Of a DNA stretch of 64,000 nt, positions 1-14,099 are shown in pieces. This DNA is from Balanoglossus misakiensis (taxonomy: Eukaryota > Animalia > Hemichordata): the NCBI GenBank assembly GCA_040954595.2, contig CM082589.2:10118894-10182893 (forward strand). Direction: 5' to 3'. A program made the translations under genes and the position numbers. A model generated the notes under the pieces. That model ran no database searches. It had not been told where the DNA came from and worked only from the letters and a program-made list of their open reading frames with translations. Within the stretch, counting starts at the first letter, position 1; each line of letters begins with the position of its first letter.

Positions 1-1849
1 TATCCGTCGATCTACAGAGTCTGGTGGAAAACTTCCTTATGCGCATAGACCTATTACGTGTTCTGCGCCTCACAACAGAATTCGGTAAATAAACGATGCT
101 GTTTGGAAGCAACCATGGAAATTGTACAACTATCCGTCGATCTACAGAGTCTAGTGGAAAACGTTCTTATGCGCATAGGCCTATCTATGTGTTATGCGCA
201 TCACAACAGAAATCGGTAAATAAACGAGGCTGTGTTTGGAAGCATCCATGGACATTTTAGAACTATCTCTCGATCTACAGAGTCTATAGTGGAAAACTTT
301 CTTATGCACATATGCCTATCTATGTGTTCTGCGCCTCACAACAGAAATCGGTAAATAAACGAGGCTGTTTAAAAGCAACCATGGAAATTTTACAGCTATC
401 CGTCGATCTACAGAGTCTAGTGGAAACGTTCTTATGCGCATAGGCCTATATATGTGTTCTGCGTATCACAACAGAATTTTGTAAACAAACGAGGCTGTGT
501 TTGGAAGCAACCATGGACATTTTAGAACTATCTCTCGATCTACAGAGTCTATAGTGGAAAACTTTCTTATGCACATATGCCTATCTATGTGTTCTGCGCC
601 TCACAACAGAATTCGGTAAATAAACGAGGCTGTTTGGAAGCAACCATGGAAATTTTACAACTATCCGTCGATCTACAGAGTCTAGTGGAAAACGTTATTA
701 TGCGCATAGGCCTATATATGTGTTCTGCGCATCACAACAGAATTTTGTAAACAAACGAGGCTGTGTTTGGAAGCAACCATGGAAATTTTAGAACTATCTC
801 TCGATCTACAGAGTCTAGTGGAAAACTTTATTATGCACATATGCCTATCTATGTGTTCTGCGCATCACAACAGAAATCGGTAAATAAACGAGGCTGTTTG
901 GAAGCAACCATGGAAATTTTACAACTATCCGTCGATCTACAGAGTCTGGTGGAAAACTTTCTTATGCGCATAGGCCTATTACGTGCTCTGCGCCTCACAA
1001 CAGAATTCGGTAAATAAACGAGGCTGTTTGGAAGCAACCATGGAAATTTTAGAACTATCCGTCGATCTACAGAGTCTAGTGGAAAACGTTATTATGCGCA
1101 TAGGCCTATATATGTGTTCTGCGCATCACAACAGAATTTTGTAAACAAACGAGGCTGTGTTTGGAAGCAATCATGGAAATTTTAGAACTATCTCTCGATC
1201 TACAGAGTCTAGTGGAAAACTTTATTATGCACATATGCCTATCTATGTGTTCTGCGCATCACAACAGAAATCGGTAAATAAACGAGGCTGTTTGGAAGCA
1301 ACCATGGAAATTTTACAACTATCCGTCGATCTACAGAGTCTAGTGGAAAAATGTCTTATGCGCATAGGCCTATCATGTGTTCTGTGCCTCACAACAGAAA
1401 TAGGTAAATAAACGAGGCTGTTTGGAAGCAACCATGGAAATTGTACAACTATCCGTCGATCTACAGAGTCTAGTGGAAAACGTTCTTATGCGCATAGGCC
1501 TATCTATGTGTTATGCGCATCACAACAGAAATCGGTAAATAAACGAGGCTGTATTTGGAAGCAACCATGAAATTTTACAACTATCCGTCGATCTACAGAG
1601 TCTGGTGGAAAACTTCCTTATGCGCATAGACCTATTACGTGTTCTGCGCCTCACAACAGAATTCGGTAAATAAACGAGGCTGTTTGGAAGCAACCATGGA
1701 CATTGTACAACTATCCGTCGATCTACAAAGTCTAGTGGAAAACGTTCTTATGCGCATAGGCCTATCTATGTGTTATGCGCATCACAACAGAAATCGCTAA
1801 ATAAACGAGGCTGTATTTGGAAGCAACCATGAAATTTTACAACTATCTG

Positions 1850-3420
1850 TCGATCTACGGAGTATAGTGGAAAACGTTCATATGCGCATAGGCCTATATA
1901 TGTGTTCTGCGCATCACAACAGAATTTTGTAAACAATCGAGGATGTGTTTGGAAGCAATCATGGAAATTTTAGAACTATCCGTCGATCTACAGAGTCTAG
2001 TGGGAAACTTTCTTATGCGCATAGGCATATGTATGTGTTCAGCGCATCACAACAGAATTTTGTAAATGAACGAGGCTGTGTTTGGAAACAACCATGGAAA
2101 TTTTAGAACTATCTCTCGATCTACAGAGTCTAGTGGAAAACTTTATTATGCACATAGGCCTATCTATGTATTATGCGCATCACAACAGAAATCGGTAAAT
2201 AAACGAGGCTGTATTTGGAAGCAACCATGTAAATTTTACAACTATCCGTCGATCTACAGAGTCTGGTGGAAAACTTTCTTATGCGCATAGGCCTATTACG
2301 TGTTCTGCGCCTCACAACAGAAATCGGTAAATAAACGAGGCTGTTTGGAAGCAACCATGTAAATTTTAGAACTATCCGTCGATCTACAGAGTCTAGTGGA
2401 AAAACGTTCATGTGCGCATAGGCCTATCATGTGTTATGCACATCACAACAGAATTTTGTAAACAAACGAGGCTTTGTTTGGAAGCAACAATGGAAATTTT
2501 AGAACTATCTGTCGATCTACGGAGTATAGTGGAAAACGTTCATATGCGCATAGGCCTATATATGTGTTCTGCGCATCACAACAGAATTTTGTAAACAATC
2601 GAGGATGTGTTTGGAAGCAATCATGGAAATTTTAGAACTATCCGTCGATCTACAGAGTCTAGTGGGAAACTTTCTTATGCGCATAGGCATATGTATGTGT
2701 TCAGCGCATCACAACAGAATTTTATAAATGAACGAGGCTGTGTTTGGAAACAACCATGGAAATTTTAGAACTATCTCTCGATCTACAGAGTCTAGTGGAA
2801 AACTTTATTATGCACATAGGCCTATCTATGTATTATGCGCATCACAACAGAAATCGGTAAATAAACGAGGCTGTATTTGGAAGCAACCATGTAAATTTTA
2901 CAACTATCCGTCGATCTACAGAGTCTGGTGGAAAACTTTCTTATGCGCATAGGCCTATTACGTGTTCTGCGCCTCACAACAGAAATCGGTAAATAAACGA
3001 GGCTGTTTGGAAGCAACCATGTAAATTTTAGAACTATCCGTCGATCTACAGAGTCTAGTGGAAAAACGTTCATGTGCGCATAGGCCTATCATGTGTTATG
3101 CACATCACAACAGAATTTTGTAAACAAACGAGGCTTTGTTTGGAAGCAACAATGGAAATTTTAGAACTATCTGTCGATCTACGGAGTATAGTGGAAAACG
3201 TTCATATGCGCATAGGCCTATATATGTGTTCTGCGCATCACAACAGAATTTTGTAAACAATCGAGGATGTGTTTGGAAGCAATCATGGAAATTTTAGAAC
3301 TATCCGTCGATCTACAGAGTCTAGTGGGAAACTTTCTTATGCGCATAGGCATATGTATGTGTTCAGCGCATCACAACAGAATTTTATAAATGAACGAGGC
3401 TGTGTTTGGAAACAACCATG
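1850..3420. repeat. Local 5-monomer higher-order repeat (period 662 bp)
   Basis: Identical ORF-track entries recur at offset 662 (2066/2728, 2160/2822, 2412/3074). Boundaries approximate. Confidence 0.85.
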
Positions 3421-6400
3421 GAAATTTTACAACTATCCGTCGATCTAAGGAGTCTGGTGGAAAACTTTCTTATGCGCATAGGCCTATTACGTGCTCTGCG
3501 CCTCACAACAGAATTCGGTAAATAAACGAGGCTGTTTGGAAGCAACCATGGAAATTTTAGAACTATCCGTCGATCTACAGAGTCTAGTGGAAAAATGTCT
3601 TATGCGCATAGGCCTATCATGTGTTCTGCGCCTCACAACAGAAATCGGTAAATAAACGAGGCTGTTTGGAAGCAACCATGGACATTGTACAACTATCTTT
3701 CGATCTACGGAGTATAGTGGAAAACGTTCATATGCGCATAGGCCTATATATGTGTTCTGCGCATCACAACAGAATTTTGTAAACAATCGAGGATGTGTTT
3801 GGAAGCAATCATGGAAATTTTAGAACTATCCGTCGATCTACAGAGTCTAGTGGGAAACTTTCTTGTGCGCATAGGCATATGTATGTGTTCAGCGCATCAC
3901 AACAGAATTTTGTAAATGAACGAGGCTGTGTTTGGAAACAACCATGGAAATTTTAGAACTATCTCTCGATCTAAAGTTGAAAAGTTTCTTATGCGCATAG
4001 GCCTATTACGTGTTCTGCGCCTCACAACAGAATTCGGTAAATAAACGAGGCTGTTTGGAAGCAACAATGGAAATTTTAGAACTATCCGTCGATCTACAGA
4101 GTCTAGTGGAAAAATGTCTTATGCGCATAGGCCTATCTATGTGTTATGCGCATCACAACAGAAATCGGTAAATAAACGAGGCTGTATTTGGAAGCAATCA
4201 TGAAATTTTACAACTATCCGTCGATCTACAGAGTCTGGTGGAAAACTTCCTTATGCGCATAGACCTATTACGTGTTCTGCGCCTCACAACAGAATTCGGT
4301 AAATAAACGAAGCTGTTTGGAAGCAACCATGGAAATTTTACAACTATCCGTCGATCTACAGAGTCTGGTGGAAAACTTTCTTATGCGCATAGGCCTATTA
4401 CGTGCTCTGCGCCTCACAACAGAATTCGGTAAATAAACGAGGCTGTTTGGAAGCAACCATGGAAATTTTAGAACTATCCGTCGATCTACAGAGTCTAGTG
4501 GAAAAAGTCTTATGCGCATAGGCCTATCATGTGTTCTGTGCCTCACAACAGAAATCGGTAAATAAACGAGGCTGTTTGGAAGCAACCATGGAAATTGTAC
4601 AACTATCCGTCGATCTACAGAGTCTAGTGGAAAACGTTCTTATGCGCATAGGCCTATCTATGTGTTATGCGCATCACAACAGAAATCGGTAAATAAACGA
4701 GGCTGTATTTGGAAGCAACCATGAAATTTTACAACTATCCGTCGATCTACAGAGTCTGGTGGAAAACTTCCTTATGCGCATAGACCTATTACGTGTTCTG
4801 CGCCTCACAACAGAATTCGGTAAATAAACGAGGCTGTTTGGAAGCAACCATGGACATTGTACAACTATCCGTCGATCTACAGAGTCTAGTGGAAAACGTT
4901 CTTATGCGCATAGGCCTATCTATGTGTTATGCGCATCACAACAGAAATCGGTAAATAAACGAGGCTGTATTTGGAAGCAACCATGAAATTTTACAACTAT
5001 CCGTCGATCTACAGAGTCTGGTGGAAAACTTCCTTATGCGCATATACCTATTACGTGTTCTGCGCCTCACAACAGAATTCGGTAAATAAACGAGGCTGTT
5101 TGGAAGCAACCATGGACATTGTACAACTATCCGTCGATCTACAAAGTCTAGTGGAAAACGTTCTTATGCGCATAGGCCTATCTATGTGTTATGCGCATCA
5201 CAACAGAAATCGCTAAATAAACGAGGCTGTATTTGGAAGCAACCATGAAATTTTACAACTATCCGTCGATCTACAGAGTCTAGTGGAAAAATGTCTCATG
5301 CGCATAGGCCTATCATGTGTTCTGCGCCTCACAACAGAAATCGGTAAATAAACGAGGCTGTTTGGAAGCAACCATGGAAATTTTACAGCTATCCGTCGAT
5401 CTACATAGTCTAGTGGAAACGTTCTTATGCGCAATGGCCTATATATGTGTTCTGCGCATCACAACAGAATTTTGTAAACAAACGAGGCTGTGTTTGGTAG
5501 CAACCATGGACATTTTAGAACTATCTCTCGATCTACAGAGTCTATAGTGGAAAACTTTCTTATGCACATATGCCTATCTATGTGTTCTGCGCCTCACAAC
5601 AGAATTCGGTAAATAAACGAGGCTGTTTGGAAATTTTACAACTATCCGTCGATCTACAGAGTCTAGTGGAAAACGTTATTATGCGCATAGGCCTATATAT
5701 GTGTTCTGCGCATCACAACAGAATTTTGTAAACAAACGAGGCTGTGTTTGGAAGCAACCATGGACATTTTAGAACTATCTCTCGATCTACAGAGTCTATA
5801 GTGGAAAACTTTCTTATGCACATATGCCTATCTATGTGTTCTGCGCCTCACAACAGAATTCAGTAAATAAACGAGGCTGTTTGGAAGCAACCATGGAAAT
5901 TTTACAACTATCCGTCGATCTACAGAGTCTAGTGGAAAACGTTATTATGCGCATAGGCCTATATATGTGTTCTGCGCATCACAACAGAATTTTGTAAACA
6001 AACGAGGCTGTGTTTGGAAGCAACCATGGAAATTTTAGAACTATCTCTCGATCTACAGAGTCTAGTGGAAAACTTTATTATGCACATATGCCTATCTATG
6101 TGTTCTGCGCATCACAACAGAAATCGGTAAATAAACGAGGCTGTTTGGAAGCAACCATGGAAATTTTACAGCTATCCGTCGATCTACAGAGTCTAGTGGA
6201 AACGTTCTTATGCGCATAGGCCTATATATGTGTTCTGCGCCTCACAACAGAATTTTGTAAACAAACGAGGCTGTGTTTGGTAGCAACCATGGACATTTTA
6301 GAACTATCTCTCGATCTACAGAGTCTATAGTGGAAAACTTTCTTATGCACATATGCCTATCTATGTGTTCTGCGCCTCACAACAGAATTCGGTAAATAAA

Positions 6401-9400
6401 CGAGGCTGTTTGGAAGCAACCATGGAAATTTTACAACTATCCGTCGATCTACAGAGTCTAGTGGAAAACGTTATTATGCGCATAGGCCTATATATGTGTT
6501 CTGCGCATCACAACAGAATTTTGTAAACAAACGAGGCTTTGTTTGGAAGCAACAATGGAAATTTTAGAACTATCTCTCGATCTACTGAGTATAGTGGAAA
6601 ACGTTCATATGCGCATAGGCCTATCATGTGTTATGCACATCACAACATAATTTTGTAAACAAACGAGGCTTTGTTTGGAAGCAACCGTGGAAATTTTAGA
6701 ACTATCTCTCGATCTACAGAGTATAGTGGAAAACGTTCATATGCGCATAGGCCTATCATGTGTTATGCACATCACAACATAATTTTGTAAACAAACGAGG
6801 CTTTGTTTGGAAGCAACCGTGGAAATTTTAGAACTATCTCTCGATCTACAGAGTATAGTGGAAAACGTTCATATGCGCATATGCTATCATGTGTTATGCA
6901 CATCACAACATAATTTTGTAAACAAACGAGGCTTTGTTTGGAAGCAACATTGGAAATTTTAGAACTATCTGTCGATCTACGGAGTATAGTGGAAAACGTT
7001 CATATGCGCATAGGCCTATATATGGTTTCTGCGCATCACAACAGAATTTTGTAAATGAACGAGGCTGTGTTTGGAAACAACCATGGAAATTTTAGAACTA
7101 TCTCTCGATCTAAAGTTGAAAAGTTTCTTATGCGCATAGGCCTATTACGTGTTCTGCGCCTCACAACAGAATTCGGTAAATAAACGAGGCTGTTTGGAAG
7201 CAACAATGGAAATTTTAGAACTATCCGTCGATCTACGGAGTATAGTGGAAAACGTTCATATGCGCATAGGCCTATATATGTGTTCTGCGCATCACAACAG
7301 AATTTTGTAAACAATCGAGGATGTGTTTGGAAGCAATCATGGAAATTTTAGAACTATCCGTCGATCTACAGAGTCTAGTGGGAAACTTTCTTATGCGCAT
7401 AGGCATATGTATGTGTTCAGCGCATCACAACAGAATTTTGTAAATGAACGAGGCTGTGTTTGGAAACAACCATGGAAATTTTAGAACTATCTCTCGATCT
7501 ACAGAGTCTAGTGGAAAACTTTATTATGCACATAGGCCTATCTATGTATTATGCGCATCACAACAGAAATCGGTAAATAAACGAGGCTGTATTTGGAAGC
7601 AACCATGTAAATTTTACAACTATCCGTCGATCTACAGAGTCTGGTGGAAAACTTTCTTATGCGCATAGGCCTATTACGTGTTCTGCGCCTCACAACAGAA
7701 ATCGGTAAATAAACGAGGCTGTTTGGAAGCAACCATGTAAATTTTAGAACTATCCGTCGATCTACAGAGTCTAGTGGAAAAACGTTCATGTGCGCATAGG
7801 CCTATCATGTGTTATGCACATCACAACAGAATTTTGTAAACAAACGAGGCTTTGTTTGGAAGCAACAATGGAAATTTTAGAACTATCTGTCGATCTACGG
7901 AGTATAGTGGAAAACATTCATATGCGCATAGGCCTATATATGTGTTCTGCGCATCACAACAGAATTTTGTAAACAATCGAGGATGTGTTTGGAAGCAATC
8001 ATGGAAATTTTAGAACTATCCGTCGATCTACAGAGTCTAGTGGGAAACTTTCTTATGCGCATAGGCATATGTATGTGTTCTGCGCATCACAACAGAAATC
8101 GGTAAATAAACGAGGCTGTTTGGAAGCAACCATGGAAATTTTACAACTATCCGTCGATCTACAGAGTCTGGTGGAAAACTTTCTTATGCGCATAGGCCTA
8201 TTACGTGCTCTGCGCCTCACAACAGAATTCGGTAAATAAACGAGGCTGTTTGGAAGCAACCATGGAACTTTTAGAACTATCCGTCGATCTACAGAGTCTA
8301 GTGGAAAAATGTCTAATGCGCATAGGCCTATCATGTGTTCTGTGCCTCACAACAGAAATCGGTAAATAAACGAGGCTGTTTGGAAGCAACCATGGAAATT
8401 GTACAACTATCCGTCGATCTACAGAGTCTAGTGGAAAACGTTCTTATGCGCATAGGCCTATCTATGTGTTATGCGCATCACAACAGAAATCGGTAAATAA
8501 ACGAGGCTGTATTTGGAAGCAACCATGAAATTTTACAACTATCCGTCGATCTACAGAGTCTGGTGGAAAACTTCCTTATGCGCATAGACCTATTACGTGT
8601 TCTGCGCCTCACAACAGAATTCGGTAAATAAACGAGGCTGTTTGGAAGCAACCATGGACATTGTACAACTATCCGTCGATCTACAAAGTCTAGTGGAAAA
8701 CGTTCTTATGCGCATAGGCCTATCTATGTGTTATGCGCATCACAACAGAAATCGCTAAATAAACGAGGCTGTATTTGGAAGCAACCATGAAATTTTACAA
8801 CTATCCGTCGATCTACAGAGTCTAGTGGAAAAATGTCTCATGCGCATAGGCCTATCATGTGTTCTGCGCCTCACAACAGAATTCGGTAAATAAACGAGGC
8901 TGTTTGGAAGCAACCATGGAAATTTTACAACTATCCGTCGATCTACAGAGTCTAGTGGAAAACGTTATTATGCGCATAGGCCTATATATGTGTTCTGCGC
9001 ATCACAACAGAATTTTGTAAACAAACGAGGCTGTGTTTGGAAGCAACCATGGACATTTTAGAACTAACTCTCGATCTACAGAGTCTATAGTGGAAAACTT
9101 TCTTATGCACATATGCCTATCTATGTGTTCTGCGCCTCACAACAGAATTCGGTAAATAAACGAGGCTGTTTGGAAGCAACCATGGAAATTTTACAACTAT
9201 CCGTCGATCTACAGAGTCTAGTGGAAAACGTTATTATGCGCATAGGCCTATATATGTGTTCTGCGCATCACAACAGAATTTTGTAAACAAACGAGGCTGT
9301 GTTTGGAAGCAACCATGGAAATTTTAGAACTATCTCTCGATCTACAGAGTCTAGTGGAAAACTTTATTATGCACATATGCCTATCTATGTGTTCTGCGCA

Positions 9401-12400
9401 TCACAACAGAAATCGGTAAATAAACGAGGCTGTTTGGAAGCAACCATGGAAATTTTACAACTATCCGTCGATCTACAGAGTCTGGTGGAAAACTTTCTTA
9501 TGCGCATAGGCCTATTACGTGCTCTGCGCCTCACAACAGAATTCGGTAAATAAACGAGGCTGTTTGGAAGCAACCATGGAAATTTTAGAACTATCCGTCG
9601 ATCTACAGAGTCTAGTGGAAAAATGTCTTATGCGCATAGGCCTATCATGTGTTCTGTGCCTCACAACAGAAATCGGTAAATAAACGAGGCTGTTTGGAAG
9701 CAACCATGGAAATTGTACAACTATCCGTCGATCTACAGAGTCTGGTGGAAAACTTCCTTATGCGCATAGGCCTATCTATGTGTTATGCGCATCACAACAG
9801 AAATCGGTAAATAAACGAGGCTGTATTTGGAAGCAACCATGAAATTTTACAACTATCCGTCGATCTACAGAGTCTGGTGGAAAACTTCCTTATGCGCATA
9901 GACCTATTACGTGTTCTGCGCCTCACAACAGAATTCGGTAAATAAACGAGGCTGTTTGGAAGCAACCATGGACATTGTACAACTATCCGTCGATCTACAA
10001 AGTCTAGTGGAAAACGTTCTTATGCGCATAGGCCTATCTATGTGTTATGCGCATCACAACAGAAATCGCTAAATAAACGAGGCTGTATTTGGAAGCAACC
10101 ATGAAATTTTACAACTATCCGTCGATCTACAGAGTCTAGTGGAAAAATGTCTCATGCGCATAGGCCTATCATGTGTTCTGCGCCTCACAACAGAAATCGG
10201 TAAATAAACGAGGCTGTTTGGAAGCAACCATGGAAATTTTACAGCTATCCGTCGATCTACAGAGTCTAGTGGAAACGTTCTTATGCGCATAGGCCTATAT
10301 ATGTGTTCTGCGCATCACAACAGAATTTTGTAAACAAACGAGGCTGTGTTTGGTAGCAACCATGGACATTTTAGAACTATCTCTCGATCTACAGAGTCTA
10401 TAGTGGAAAACTTTCTTATGCACATATGCCTATCTATGTGTTCTGCGCCTCACAACAGAATTCGGTAAATAAACGAGGCTGTTTGGAAGCAACCATGGAA
10501 ATTTTACAACTATCCGTCGATCTACAGAGTCTAGTGGAAAACGTTATTATGCGCATAGGCCTATATATGTGTTCTGCGCATCACAACAGAATTTTGTAAA
10601 CAAACGAGGCTGTGTTTGGAAGCAACCATGGACATTTTAGAACTATCTCTCGATCTACAGAGTCTATAGTGGAAAACTTTCTTATGCACATATGCCTATC
10701 TATGTGTTCTGCGCCTCACAACAGAATTCGGTAAATAAACGAGGCTGTTTGGAAGCAACCATGGAAATTTTACAACTATCCGTCGATCTACAGAGTCTAG
10801 TGGAAAACGTTATTATGCGCATAGGCCTATCTATGTGTTATGCGCATCACAACAGAAATCGGTAAATAAACGAGGCTGTATTTGGAAGCAACCATGAAAT
10901 TTTACAACTATCCGTCGATCTACAGAGTCTGGTGGAAAACTTCCTTATGCGCATAGACCTATTACGTGTTCTGCGCCTCACAACAGAATTCGGTAAATAA
11001 ACGAGGCTGTTTGGAAGCAACCATGGACATTGTACAACTATCCGTCGATCTACACAGTCTAGTGGAAAACGTTCTTATGCGCATAGGCCTATCTATGTGT
11101 TATGCGCATCACAACAGAAATCGCTAAATAAACGAGGCTGTATTTGGAAGCAACCATGAAATTTTACAACTATCCGTCGATCTACAGAGTCTAGTGGAAA
11201 AATGTCTCATGCGCATAGGCCTATCATGTGTTCTGCGCCTCACAACAGAAATCGGTAAATAAACGAGGCTGTTTGGAAGCAACCATGGAAATTTTACAGC
11301 TATCCGTCGATCTACAGAGTCTAGTGGAAACGTTCTTATGCGCATAGGCCTATATATGTGTTCTGCGCATCACAACAGAATTTTGTAAACAAACGAGGCT
11401 GTGTTTGGTAGCAACCATGGACATTTTAGAACTATCTCTCGATCTACAGAGTCTATAGTGGAAAACTTTCTTATGCACATATGCCTATCTATGTGTTCTG
11501 CGCCTCACAACAGAATTCGGTAAATAAACGAGGCTGTTTGGAAGCAACCATGGAAATTTTACAACTATCCGTCGATCTACAGAGTCTAGTGGAAAACGTT
11601 ATTATGCGCATAGGCCTATATATGTGTTCTGCGCATCACAACAGAATTTTGTAAACAAACGAGGCTGTGTTTGGAAGCAACCATGGACATTTTAGAACTA
11701 TCTCTCGATCTACAGAGTCTATAGTGGAAAACTTTCTTATGCACATATGCCTATCTATGTGTTCTGCGCCTCACAACAGAATTCGGTAAATAAACGAGGC
11801 TGTTTGGAAGCAACCATGGAAATTTTACAACTATCCGTCGATCTACAGAGTCTAGTGGAAAACGTTATTATGCGCATAGGCCTATATATGTGTTCTGCGC
11901 ATCACAACAGAATTTTGTAAACAAACGAGGCTGTGTTTGGAAGCAACCATGGAAATTTTAGAACTATCTCTCGATCTACAGAGTCTAGTGGAAAACTTTA
12001 TTATGCACATATGCCTATCTATGTGTTCTGCGCATCACAACAGAAATCGGTAAATAAACGAGGCTGTTTGGAAGCAACCATGGAAATTTTACAGCTATCC
12101 GTCGATCTACAGAGTCTAGTGGAAACGTTCTTATGCGCATAGGCCTATATATGTGTTCTGCGCATCACAACAGAATTTTGTAAACAAACGAGGCTGTGTT
12201 TGGTAGCAACCATGGACATTTTAGAACTATCTCTCGATCTACAGAGTCTATAGTGGAAAACTTTCTTATGCACATATGCCTATCTATGTGTTCTGCGCCT
12301 CACAACAGAATTCGGTAAATAAACGAGGCTGTTTGGAAGCAACCATGGAAATTTTACAACTATCCGTCGATCTACAGAGTCTAGTGGAAAACGTTATTAT

Positions 12401-14099
12401 GCGCATAGGCCTATATATGTGTTCTGCGCATCACAACAGAATTTTGTAAACAAACGAGGCTGTGTTTGGAAGCAACCATGGACATTTTAGAACTATCTCT
12501 CGATCTACAGAGTCTATAGTGGAAAACTTTCTTATGCACATATGCCTATCTATGTGTTCTGCGCCTCACAACAGAATTCGGTAAATAAACGAGGCTGTTT
12601 GGAAGCAACCATGGAAATTTTACAACTATCCGTCGATCTACAGAGTCTAGTGGAAAACGTTATTATGCGCATAGGCCTATATATGTGTTCTGCGCATCAC
12701 AACAGAATTTTGTAAACAAACGAGGCTGTGTTTGGAAGCAACCATGGAAATTTTAGAACTATCTCTCGATCTACAGAGTCTAGTGGAAAACTTTATTATG
12801 CACATATGCCTATCTATGTGTTCTGCGCATCACAACAGAAATCGGTAAATAAACGAGGCTGTTTGGAAGCAACCATGGAAATTTTACAGCTATCCGTCGA
12901 TCTACAGAGTCTAGTGGAAACGTTCTTATGCGCATAGGCCTATATATGTGTTCTGCGCATCACAACAGAATTTTGTAAACAAACGAGGCTGTGTTTGGTA
13001 GCAACCATGGACATTTTAGAACTATCTCTCGATCTACAGAGTCTATAGTGGAAAACTTTCTTATGCACATATGCCTATCTATGTGTTCTGCGCCTCACAA
13101 CAGAATTCGGTAAATAAACGAGGCTGTTTGGAAGCAACCATGGAAATTTTACAACTATCCGTCGATCTACAGAGTCTAGTGGAAAACGTTATTATGCGCA
13201 TAGGCCTATATATGTGTTCTGCGCATCACAACAGAATTTTGTAAACAAACGAGGCTGTGTTTGGAAGCAACCATGGACATTTTAGAACTATCTCTCCATC
13301 TACAGAGTCTAGTGGAAAACTTTATTATGCACATATGCCTATCTATGTGTTCTGCGCATCACAACAGAAATCGGTAAATAAACGAGGATGTTTGAAAGCA
13401 ACCATGGAAATTTTACAACTATCCGTCGATCTACAGAGTCTGGTGGAAAACTTTCTTATGCGCATAGGCCTATTACGTGCTCTGCGCCTCACAACAGAAT
13501 TCGGTAAATAAACGAGGCTGTTTGGAAGCAATCATGGAAATTTTAGAACTATCCGTCGATCTACAGAGTCTAGTGGGAAACTTTCTTATGCGCATAGGCA
13601 TATGTATGTGTTCAGCGCATCACAACAGAATTTTATAAATGAACGAGGCTGTGTTTGGAAACAACCATGGAAATTTTACAACTATCCGTCGATCTACGGA
13701 GTCTGGTGGAAAACTTTCTTATGCGCATAGGCCTATCATGTGTTCTGCGCCTCACAACAGAAATCGGTAAATAAACGAGGCTGTTTGGAAGCAACCATGG
13801 ACATTTTAGAACTATCTCTCGATCTACAGAGTCTATAGTGGAAAACTTTCTTATGCACATATGCCTATCTATGTGTTATGCGCATCACAACAGAAATCGG
13901 TAAATAAACGAGGCTGTATTTGGAAGCAATCATGAAATTTTACAACTATCCGTCGATCTACAGAGTCTGGTGGAAAACTTCCTTATGCGCATAGACCTAT
14001 TACGTGTTCTGCGCCTCACAACAGAATTCGGTAAATAAACGATGCTGTTTGGAAGCAACCATGGAAATTGTACAACTATCCGTCGATCTACAGAGTCAA

